Of a stretch of DNA of 64,000 nucleotides, positions 12,702 to 23,646 are shown one piece after another. A program made the translations under genes and the position numbers. Position 1 is the first letter of the stretch. Each line of letters starts with the position of its first letter. The stretch is taken from NCBI GenBank assembly GCA_021613535.1, contig CP075492.1:17794001-17858000 (forward strand), given 5' to 3'. The notes under the pieces were generated by a model, which saw only the letters and a program-made list of their open reading frames with translations, was not told the origin of the DNA and did not search any database. Source of the DNA: Adineta vaga (lineage: Eukaryota; Animalia; Rotifera).

Positions 12702-14448
12702 TCATATTAGCTCATATAACTCTGCGCTATGCACTGTGGAAATAGTTCCACCAATTACTAGCACGTTACCATTTGCTAATGTTGTTGATGTGTGTCCAAG
12801 TCGTCCTTCATTCATTTTACCAGCACTTGTCCAACGTTCAGTTAATGGATCATACAACTCAGCACTATCGAGAGGTCTATAACCATCCCATCCACCAGAA
12901 ACTAACACATTTCCATTCGTTAATATGCTTGCTGTGTGACTATGTCGATTCGTTATCGAGTAATCAGTAATGACCCAAATTCCTGTTGATGGATCATACA
13001 ACTCAGCAGCTTTATTAGAACCACCGCCAGTAATTAACACTTTTCCATTTGTTAATACAGATGCTGTATGCTTATATCGTACTATATCCGTGTCACCAGT
13101 GATTGTCCAAGTTTCTGTTGATGGATCATACAGCTCGGCGCTAGTTCGATCATTCATACCAATAGATCCACCTGTAACTAACACTTTTCCATTTTTTAAC
13201 ACTGATGCCGTATGATCTGATCGTTCATGATTCATGTCACCAGTAGCTGTCCACATTCCTGTTGATGAATCATACAATTCTGCACTAGCTAGACGACTAC
13301 CACCATAAACTCCACCAGTAATTAATACTTTTCCATTTGTCAGTATAGATGCGGTATGATCACGTCGTGGTTTGTTCATTTCACCAGCACTTGTCCAACT
13401 GTTTGTTGATGGATCATACAATTCAGCATTTTTCAAAGAACTAAAACTATATGTTCCACCCGCAACCAACACTGTTCCATCTCGTAATATTGATGCTGTG
13501 TGACCACGTCGTGCATTCGTCATACTACTAAGTGTTGTCCAAGTTTCTGTTAATGGATCATACAGCTCAGTGATGTTTAGAGGCTGTTCATAAACATCTC
13601 CACCACCAATAATCAACACTTTACCATCAGTTAATATCGATGCTGTATGATCACGACGTGCTTTCTTCATATCACTAGTATAAGACCATTCTAAAACATA
13701 GTATTTCAATTCAATGATGAGTATCAAAGATTCCCTTATTTCACACAAATACTCTCGCCTATCTTCACACGTTATTCGAAACTCACTTGACTGTTGACTA
13801 GTTGTTGTCGTTAAAATTTCGGTCGTAGTTGCCGTTGTAGTGTTCGTCGAAACTAATTAATATGAAATATAGATATTAAAAAAACGGTTCGTTTTTAGTT
13901 TGATATAGTAAAGGATAATATAAACTCGGTAAGCTTAAACTTATTGATAAGAGACTATATAAAGTATTAAAGTTCAACTAAAATCATAAATCAACCTGAA
14001 AACAAGTTGTTTCTATTGAATATTCGTTCTTCGTATATAAGCTATGAATATAAAAAGAGCCATACTATGTTTTCATCTTTTGCTAGATACACTATAACGG
14101 ATGTTCTATTAAAGATGTATGTTTTTCATTCATGAGTGACTATTCCACCTGCATATCAGTGCTTATCGGGTTACCTGTTGGTGGTGGTGGTGGACAGATT
14201 CGTTTATCAGCCATTGATATTGGATAACAAACTGGATGTAAGTGACATCTAGTGTGATATACACAGATATGATCAGGTTCATAACAAGCATTATTTTCAC
14301 ATGAAACAAGTTCAGAACAAGTCACCCAAAGAAAGGCACATATACCGGAATCCTTAGCGCCTTTCATAAGCAGACAACCGCATGCACTATTCGTTGAACA
14401 TTGGTCATTGTGAGAGCCGTAACATATTTGAGAATCTGCTGGAGCCAA
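12702..14448 (-). CDS. Cys-rich domain + Thr-rich linker + Kelch/galactose-oxidase-type beta-propeller protein (multi-exon; start uncertain)
   Basis: Seven repeats R..HTASILTNGKVLI.GG...AELYDP (12702-~13690), a Thr-rich exon at ~13785-13853, and a Cys-rich exon at ~14177-14450. Confidence 0.8.
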
Positions 14449-14913
14449 TAACAGACTACATTAACAAGAAAAAGAATATAAGATCAAAGTTGAGTTTTAC
14501 AACTGGGATCGATTTTGAGATATAAGGACTCTGAGTATATGAGATAGTACAGCGCCATGGAAAGACGACATTCGACCTGGCTGATATTTCTAAATAAAAC
14601 TTTGGCAAAAATAATTACAGCAACATGACTTTCGAACACTTCTTTTACAAATTCATATGAATAAAAAATCTTTTTTTACACTCACACAAAAAGAACGAAA
14701 ATCAAATATTGAATTATTGTTGTTATCATAGCTTTAATCAGAATGGAAAAGAATCATAACACCGTTCGTATTATATATCAAACAGACTGATAGCGTTTGT
14801 TACATTCATCGAAAAATGAAAAAGCTTACTAGTTAAGCTTTTGATTCAAAGATAGAATCGATTTTTATTTCAATCTAACACATACCATCATTCACTTTTC
14901 AATCTCATGAGAC

Positions 14914-14961
14914 TAGGGTGTGGGTATGAATATTTCTTCTTTACCCACACCCATACCCTCG
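14914..14961. repeat. Telomere-like palindrome P7
   Basis: TAGGGTGTGGGTA ... TACCCACACCCATACCCTCG. Confidence 0.85.
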
Positions 14962-15267
14962 ATGCTAATGAATCAGTGACAAAACACATCAAACATTAAT
15001 ATTTTTATTTTTATTTCTTACATGCGGTCTATTCATGATATACATATTTGAAGAACATTATTATTTGGCATACTTTTCTTTTTCAATTAAAACTTTGTCT
15101 GAATAACTGTAGAAAATAATTATATTGTTAAGTGTGTAGTTTTTTCAAATTATATTCCTATCTTCTACTAATAGAAATTTCAGTATTTATTTTTTCATCA
15201 AATGTAAATTCTTTAGAAAATATTAGTGGTTATTAAATCCTTTTTGAAGATGATATATGACTTTCAT

Positions 15268-15340
15268 AGGGGGGTGTGGGTGTGGGAGAGTGTGAATACA
15301 ACAGACTCCCATCCTCACCCACACTCTCGGACACATCCTT
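15268..15340. repeat. Telomere-like palindrome P8
   Basis: GGGGTGTGGGTGTGGGAG ... CTCCCATCCTCACCCACACTCTC. Confidence 0.8.
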
Positions 15341-15779
15341 GAGTACACAAAAGTAATAAAGATATTACTGCTGTATAAGTGTGACGGACGACTGTTGTGA
15401 GTGCATTTCAAATACTCAACGAAATGGAATGACGAAATCTTCCCTCGTTAGTTATTATTTCATAAAAACAAAAACAAAAGCAGTAAACTTCAGATTCACA
15501 AGAAGAAAAAACACAGTACGAAATAATCACTTAGCATATACATTCTTTTATTCTCTCGAACAATCGAACAACATCGACAAAATTTCAAGGTAAAAGAGAA
15601 ATTCTAGAATACTTTATTTGCGTTCGTTTATATAAAAAATGATATAAAATCATCAGCAGTGTAGAAGTTCCATGAATTACGATCTTTTAAGGAATTTAAT
15701 TTTCATTTTTTACTTTTGAATATTAACTATCTGTTTTTCATGCATTAGGGTCCAATAAACAATAGATTAGCTTACACAG

Positions 15780-18700
15780 ATGGAAACTATTAAAAAGCAA
15801 TTGAACGATATTTCATCGTATACAGACACTAATGGTGGTGTGAAGAAGTTCTTAAAGAATAATTTTCAAGATTCAATCGAAATTATCAATGTAATGTCGA
15901 AATTTAATGATCAATATATAGCCGACACATTCAATTCGAAAACATCAAATAAGGCAATGAGAATAATTTGGAAATCAGCATTACATCTATTATCGAATAG
16001 CAAATATTTAAAAACACTCGAATGTAAGCATCTATACAAAATTGGATTATTAACTATTAAAATTATGCATAATAAACACATTGGACATACTACGAAAAAT
16101 GAGTTTTGTGAATCAATTTTCCTATATAGATATCACTCGAATAATTTGACAGAATGTCTTGTACAACATATTCAAAGTATAACAGATTCATCATCAATTC
16201 AAATTATTTGTTTATGGTTAGATATTGTAGTTCATTATCAACATATCGTTAGAGAACAACAAGACGACTTTGAATATAGTTATTTTGATCCAAGAAAAAT
16301 CATCTCAGAATGTATTATTAAACAAAAATATAATCTACCAAATGATTTAAGATTACGTGGATCATTTTTATTTTATTTAACATATATACCATATCCTCAT
16401 CTACACCCTGATGAAAAACTTGCATCAATTTGTCGCCATCATATTCTTTCACAAATGAAAGATTTAGATAAATGGACATCAGCAACCGTACATTGTGCTA
16501 TGGGAAGTATCTGTCTAATGACAACGTATTATTCTGAACAATTTAAATTTGATGAAATATATTATCATTTTTTATTATATATTATTACTTATGAAAAATT
16601 TCAGCAAATGTTAGTTTCAACATGGAGAAATGATGAAACGATTTTAATCCATACGATTACAAATTATTTTTATAATACTATTGATAATAATGAAAACATG
16701 AAAGTTACACTTGGTACGGCTCTCGATAAGTTAAATAATCTGTATAAAAATGTTAAATATGAATCAACAAAAATGAATATATGTTACCTAATTCTTATAT
16801 CAGCACACGAAAAAAGTGTTATTTCTGATGAAATTATCATCGGATGTTTTCAGCATATAAAAAGATGTAATATGCCTCCAATTCCTCAAGAAATAAAAGT
16901 ACGGTCAATTTGTCAATACGATCAAAATCGTGTTGTGCGTTTCCGAAATCAAAAACTAGAACAAAGGAAAAACCCGGATAAATTTCTTCACGGTTTAAAA
17001 CACGCATGTCAATACGATTCTGTCAAAGATGCAATTATTAGATTAAAGAAGATTGATGAGTTAGCGGATATGATCGAAGGGCATAGTGAAGTAGTATGTG
17101 ATATTCTTGCGCTTTTATCGACAAAAACAAATGCTCAAAAGATATTAAAAGAGAATTCTAAGTTCTGTTGTTATATGGATTCTCAGACGAGCAAGATAAA
17201 AGTTAGACAATCAAACTCACTGAAATTTGAACAGATTGCGAATAGTTTTCAAAGAGAACGACTTATTTCACCTCATCTTGTTAAAGAAAAGGTTGTACTG
17301 AGCTGTTCTGATACAAAGCTCAGCAATCATATCAAACATCATTTAAAGAAAGTTGGTCATGATATATTAGTTTTAAATGAATACAAAAACGAAATGGAAA
17401 AGGAAGAATTTATCTTGAAATGTAAATGTATGCTTGTTTGTTTAACTAATAATTACAGTCAATATCAATCAGATTTAATTTTTGGTTATAAAAATCAAGT
17501 AAAAATTATACTGATTATAATTGAAAATGAACAACCATATTGTCCCAATGAACCTTTTTTGAAATTTATTTTAAAAAGATATTCATCATCATTGATTCGT
17601 ACAAATATCGACAAACTTGATAAATTATACGAATTATTATCAAAAGAAATCGAACGTCTTTCATCTACATCATCACAAAAAATAATGCTTTCTTCAGATG
17701 AAAATAATAAATTAAAGGGTTCACCTCTACAAGCGATTGTAAGTTACATTCTACTTACAGAAAAGAACGATATATGAAATTATCAATTTCGATTTTAGGA
17801 AAAAAGTTGTACAGCTGAAGATCTGTACAAGGCATGTAAAGAAAATTATATTGATAAAGTGAAACAATATCTTCAAAATACCACTAATGAAGTATTAGAT
17901 GAATCTGTTTTCAAAGAAAGTACAGCATTACACATAGCATCTTATAATGGTCATGATGAAATCGTTCGATTACTTCTTAAAGTAGGTGCATCTCGATGTA
18001 TACGTAATTATCATAATTTAACAGCTTTTGAAGAAGCGCGAACACAAAGTACAAAAGATTTATTTCAAATTAAATCAGATAATAACGAACAAAATCGTTT
18101 TATTAACAATGATATTTATACTGAATGGACGACTGCTTTTCAAGATCCTCTGAAAAAACGAAAATATCTTCGACGAAAGTTATATGAATTACGGGAACAC
18201 GATCTAGATGGTATTCATGAAAATTTAATGAAATATATGCATATTTTTATTGATACATTACCTTTAGCAAACCAAAAGAAGCAAATCGTCAAACAATTTT
18301 TCTTAGTAATGAGAAAGAAAGTTGATCCAATTTATATTATTGGAGCGTATACAAGTGCAACTTGTTTTCATAAATATTATAATGAATATATAGCACAACA
18401 TGCCATTAATTTCTTTGATTCATCAATTGTCGATATTCATGTTAATTATAAAATAGTTAAATATGTGGTGAAAAGTATTGCTATACTTATGTTTCATTGG
18501 GCATTTAATCAATATAGATATTCGGGAAAAACATATCGTGGAATGTTAATGACTAAAGAAGATTTATATAAATATGTTGTTAATTCGAAAATAATGAACA
18601 AATCATTTTTATCAACATCGAAATCTAACGAAATTGCAGAATGCTTTAGTGGCTGTTTAAACGACGAAAATAACCTACGAAAAACACGTGACAAACAAGC

Positions 18701-18911
18701 AATTCAAACTGCTGTTCTTTGTACTTATATTATTAAAAATTCTGAAACAGCTTTATCTCTTGAAACAATATCCAGACAGAAAGTAGAAGAAGAAGTTTTA
18801 ATTTTACCATTTTCAGTCTTTGAAGTTAAAAGTGTTCGACGTACACCAACAAATACAATTGACATTCTATTAGAAGAAGTTCTTGATGAATCAAGTGAAA
18901 AAGATAATTAA
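15780..18911 (+). CDS. Helical/ARM-like region + degenerate TIR-like domain + ankyrin + ART fusion protein (2 exons)
   Basis: A phase-0 GT-AG intron at 17739-17798 joins the two ORFs in frame. Ankyrin TALHIASYNGHDEIVRLLL; ART TYRGM / FLSTS / EEEVL; TIR-like VVLSCS..CMLVCLTNNY..IILIII..YCP. Confidence 0.8.
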
Positions 18912-18974
18912 ATAGATTTTACTAAAGTTTTATTCTTTTTTTTAATAAACGCGATATATCTTTATATTCATTTG

Positions 18975-19088
18975 GAGGGAGTGTGGATGTCGGGTGACTT
19001 TAGGGTGTGGGTTAAAGTGTGAGTATGCGTATCCCTTTCTTCTGGCACTCACACCCACCCTCTTGAAGGTGTGGGCGTAGGTGTAGGT
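18975..19088. repeat. Compound palindrome cluster P9
   Basis: GAGGGAGTGTGGATGT, TAGGGTGTGGGT, ACTCACACCCACCCTC, TTGAAGGTGTGGGCGTAGGTGTAGGT. Confidence 0.75.
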
Positions 19089-19467
19089 CAGATTGTACTC
19101 TTTTTTCGGTATAAAACTTCGAATATGAAATTTAATTCACTTAAGCGGGATTTCTTACATTCTCACAGAAGCTGTGAAACGATATATGAAATTATCAATT
19201 TCGATTTTAACATTTCAGATCCAAATTGCTAAGAACATGAGAAGAAAAGTTGGCCAATATTAACTAAGTATAGTGGAATTACTTTCGTTCGCTAAATATT
19301 AACTGAAAGAGCTTTGAATAATCTGAAACCAGGGTAGGTGAAGGTGAGCGAAGCTGTCATTATGTTAACATTTCATCTCAGCTACGAGGATCATTAAATG
19401 GTTACGTTTCAATTTGGTCCAAAGAAAGAATTAAAAAGAGTTAATTCGATAATTATTATCGAAATAA

Positions 19468-19625
19468 TGGGTGGGTGTCAGTCATCTCTTTCTTCTCATC
19501 CACACCGTCGCTAGATCATTAGAATAGAACTTGCCTATTTTTAACATAAAATCATCTGCTAAGATTCTTAGCTGGATTAAAACTGATCATGGTTAGTAGT
19601 CAAACCCACACTCATACACCCTCAT
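19468..19625. repeat. Degenerate palindrome/half-sites P10
   Basis: TGGGTGGGTGT..CATCCACACC and ACCCACACTCATACACCCTCA. Confidence 0.55.
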
Positions 19626-19868
19626 GTGGGTCCGGATCCAAAAATATTGGACTCGGTGGACTCTAGACCAGGAATACATGTAAAGAATGAAATGCGAGGA
19701 GGGAAAAATCCGATAGCAATATTTCATTTGAATAAAAGAATTTAAACATGGAATTGTTCCCATATGCAGGTTTCATGATTCTTAGAATAACTTTAAAGTT
19801 TCAATGCGAAGACATGTTTTTTTTCTTGAAACATTTACGTTTCAAGAAAATTCTATTTTCTGACCGTA

Positions 19869-20584
19869 CCCATGTAAATATGAAACGTACAATGGACGCA
19901 TCGAGTCGCGTTTAAACGCAATTGCTTGTTGCGAATTCGATGCGGTTTTTCCCAAAGGAATATATCACTGTCAGTCAAAATCGCGTGAAGGACTTTGTGA
20001 GTCTTTGATGAACTATTCATCTATCTTGGTAAATGAAATACGTCAAAGTTATAGCTAAAACTATCGTTCGATGGATTTATGTGGATCATTTGAATTCCAT
20101 TTATTATTTCAATAAGAAGAATTTCTCAAAAATATTTCATCATGAGATCTTAGAAAAAATCTGTCTAATATTTATTATGCAGAATAGAAGATAAGAAGAC
20201 AGTTTATCTAAAACTACTAGGCCTATTTAAAAAGATATTAAAAAATATTAAAACTTGTTTTTTGAAGAAACGATAGAATTATTTTCGTTGATGTATCTAA
20301 CTTCTAAAGTCCATGATCGACTAGATTTCGAGTAAATATAGCTCAGCGATGTATGTTCACGACTTCTGATCGATGGTTCACATGTTCAAATCTGCTTCTC
20401 GTCATGTAAATAAAAAATTCAGTTCTTTTGCCACAGTAGGCTAAGATCATCCGAATGTAATGTCGATGGCGACTGTGTTCGAATTTGAGATGAATTTATG
20501 TATTTTTTGCTTAATTTTAAAATTTAACCGAAACGCGTCGTAGGCGCGATTGAGACGCGTTTCAACTTAAAATATTTACATGGG
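19869..20584. mobile_element. Non-autonomous TIR element (CMC/CACTA-like), nested in an older TIR element
   Basis: TA|CCCATGTAAATAT ... ATATTTACATGGG|TA with ACGCG subterminal repeats. The flanks ~19760-19820 and ~20630-20690 are degenerate inverted repeats of each other. Confidence 0.7.
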
Positions 20585-20978
20585 TACTTTGAAATACGAG
20601 TATGCATTACGAATGTATTATGTTGGGAAGGAAACATCTGTTTGCGCTGAAACTTTCAGAGTAATCTAAGAACCATAAGAGCTATATATGAAGAAAAAAT
20701 TTAGAAGTATTATTATAGACGATGTGTTTTTTTCGTTTGAGGGATCATATCTAGTCATTCGTATTTCAAGCTTGTAGAATAGAACGATAGGCCGTGATTA
20801 AGAAGAATAATCAAGAAAAACTTCTGTGTGAAAATCTCACCATTTGTGTTAGATAAATATTAATCCTACGTGCTATTGACTAAATAAAAGTACCTGCTTT
20901 TATTATCGCGACGAGAGATATTTATACGAAGTATATTCGAGTGGTAGCTGTTAAACACAAAAATTAATTGAAAAAACG

Positions 20979-21875
20979 ATGTACAAAACCCTTATTTTTA
21001 CTTTAATTGTCATAATTGGTATGACTAGTGCGTCCAAAGTATTGAATATTCAATCTCACAATATTCAACATAAACAACTTAACTTTGGCGAAAATAATTT
21101 ACCCATTTTATGCAAAGAATGTCTCAATGTTGCTAATGAATCAATCAATGTTTTACTTCAATTGATTCTTGACACTGGTATTCTTAGTTCTTGTCAAAAA
21201 TTATGTCGAGCTGTAGCTAACAAAACTGGATCACTAACTCTTGGTTTAATATGCGATGTAGCCTGTGCTGCTGTTGGTATTGACGAATTTGTCAAAATCC
21301 TCGATAAAGCAGATATTGATCCAATATAGTATTGTGAAATGGCTAAATTATGTCCAAGTAAATAAAAGAATATTGTTTTCATTATTTATGTGTGAAAATT
21401 TTGAAATACTTATCTTTATAGTTAATGATCATGGTGATGCTAAAATTACCCAGTTCTCACTTTTACCAACCACTGGACGTAAAGGTACAACATTTACAAT
21501 TGATTTCACTTACGTATCTATTAATGGAACCGGCACTGGTGAACTTAATATTGATATTAGTTGTCCTGATCGTATGCCAGCTGGTGCGACTTTTTTGACA
21601 GAAATTAAGAAACCTGGTACATACACTGAAAAAATCGATATCAAAGCTCAACTTGATCCACGATGTGATCCATTTAAAGGTAAGATGTTTTTATTAATTA
21701 TCTTCAAATGTATAGGTTTATCGTTTTCATTTCTTTTATTATAGAACCCTGTGAAGAATGGTTTCCAGGTATCTACAACGTAACAGTACGACTTTGCAAT
21801 GGTGAATGCGGTTCTAAACATCCTCATTCAGCTATCTATGATACAGCAAAAACGTCATTTGTACTCACTAAATAA
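20979..21875 (+). pseudogene. Countin-like saposin-B domain secreted protein with one in-frame TAG (21327-21329)
   Basis: Signal peptide and saposin Cys pattern; DIDPI*YCEMAKLCP|INDHGDA; C-terminal CNGECGSKHPHS. Introns 21358-21421 and 21680-21744 keep the frame. Confidence 0.8.
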
Positions 21876-21998
21876 AGACTTATGTTGCTTTTTTGTAAAA
21901 CATTATTATTACTTTTGTCATTGGTTATTGGTATAAATCTATAATGTGTGTTTTGGGTAAAGGTTTAATACAAGTCGAAGAATTAGATACAAAAAAAG

Positions 21999-22043
21999 TT
22001 GAGGGTAGATGATAGTAGTATATACACCCACACCCACACCCTA
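21999..22043. repeat. Telomere-like palindrome P11
   Basis: TTGAGGGTAGATG ... ACACCCACACCCACACCCTA. Confidence 0.85.
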
Positions 22044-22790
22044 CTTCTAATTTTTGTTTTTTATCATCATATTCAGAACCATACAATAACTCTGAACATA
22101 CAAAAAAGTATTGATATGTTTCTACACTATTTTGTAAAACAATACATTTACTATTATTGTTACAATAATCTGATGTACAAAACATTAATAGAAGACAATG
22201 TGGACATACACAAATTGAATCATTTGAACAATCATCAACAGTAACAGGTATATCACAATATAAACCAGTCCAATTCGAATAACAATAACAGAAGAATTTT
22301 TCTATATTATTAACATATTTCATGCATTGACCATTTTGATTACATGTTAAATTACGATTTTGTAAAGTTCGAATACTTTGATATGGTATAATTAAATTTG
22401 CTACAATTCGATTTAACGATAGAAAAAGAAATGGAATTGATAAGTACCAACTGTGGCATGATAGGTCATTGTATATTCATCAAAAACATCAATATGTATG
22501 TAATAAGTTTTCGATATATTCTTAGGACGAGTGGAATATAAAAGATAAATATTACATGTTTTTGAACAATTTCATTGTGTTGTAAATATAAATTGTTCAT
22601 ATGAATTAATTTGTCGATTTTCATCCATTAATAATACTAAAAATGTATATGCACTATCTTGATTATACTATAGGTAATAAACGTAATGTAAGACTAACAC
22701 GTTCATTTTGATATTGACATAAATCACCATAATAAGTTGAAGGACATAAACATTGTTCTATGATTGTTTCATCATCTTCTCATGTAAGAA
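22044..22790 (-). pseudogene. EGF-repeat fragment of an EGF/LDLa-GPCR-type gene, ending at palindrome P11
   Basis: CLCPSTYYGDLCQYQNERVSLTLRL and CYCYSNWTGLYC, with frameshifts. Confidence 0.7.
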
Positions 22791-22964
22791 TAGGTAATCC
22801 ACAATGGCAACGCCATATCCATCCATGATAGGCAAAATCAGATCGAATATTTCTAATATACGTTTCATAATTATTATTATCTTTCTGTCGACTTATAATG
22901 TTTTTATGAAATATATTTATTTCTATTCGAGGATAAATATGTGCAGTTATGTTATTACCAAGAA

Positions 22965-23045
22965 AAACTTATCAATGATAAGTGAACTAACGATAATCGA
23001 AATTGTTTCTACCAATGAACCAAATTTATCACCAATACCAGAACG
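22965..23045 (-). pseudogene. Short ABCB/MDR transporter exon fragment starting at palindrome P12
   Basis: RSGIGDKFGSLVETISIIVSSLII resembles the GIGDK motif of the P-glycoprotein transmembrane domain. Confidence 0.45.
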
Positions 23046-23116
23046 TAGGGTGGGTGTGGGTGAAAGAGATATACCCATAGTCATAGCCACATCCACACCC
23101 ACACCCACCCTCAAGA
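23046..23116. repeat. Telomere-like palindrome P12
   Basis: TAGGGTGGGTGTGGGTG ... CCACACCCACACCCACCCTCAAGA. Confidence 0.9.
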
Positions 23117-23646
23117 AGGATTGGTAAATTCTCTTTCAAGAATAAGTTGCTTGTTTGTGTGTCCGCACTTCATTGATTGGTCAAAAAATAAATATAATAC
23201 AAAGATTCTTTTCTATAAGGGTTGACGGAAGGATAATCAGTGTTGATAGCACCAATCTAATGTTAGTTTTTCGCAAATTGTATGTATGAAAAGCTCGATA
23301 GCAGTTTAAAACATCGATTCTACAAGAAAGAGCTGAACGAGCCCTTAGACGAACGTTACCTGTTTAAGTATGTCATTGATAACATTGAAATGTTCTGATA
23401 TTAAATAATAATTCATCGTTTCAAAAAAATAATAAATTATTCTTATTAGTTTTGACAATACTAAAAATCCTGATAATTCTCCCTTTCTTTTTACAAGATT
23501 TATTTAATGAATAATTATACTGCACCGAGAGGGAAACAATATGCCTTTAAAAATGCAATACTCCATCTTACTTCATAGAAGAATTTTATAGAATGAGAAT
23601 GTAACAATTATGTTTAACACTGATGTTCAATTCTTTATTGACGATA

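Noticed and set aside
21327-21329. Alternative genetic code explaining the in-frame stops
   Set aside because: All three stop codons occur as interruptions, and all three also terminate intact genes in the window.
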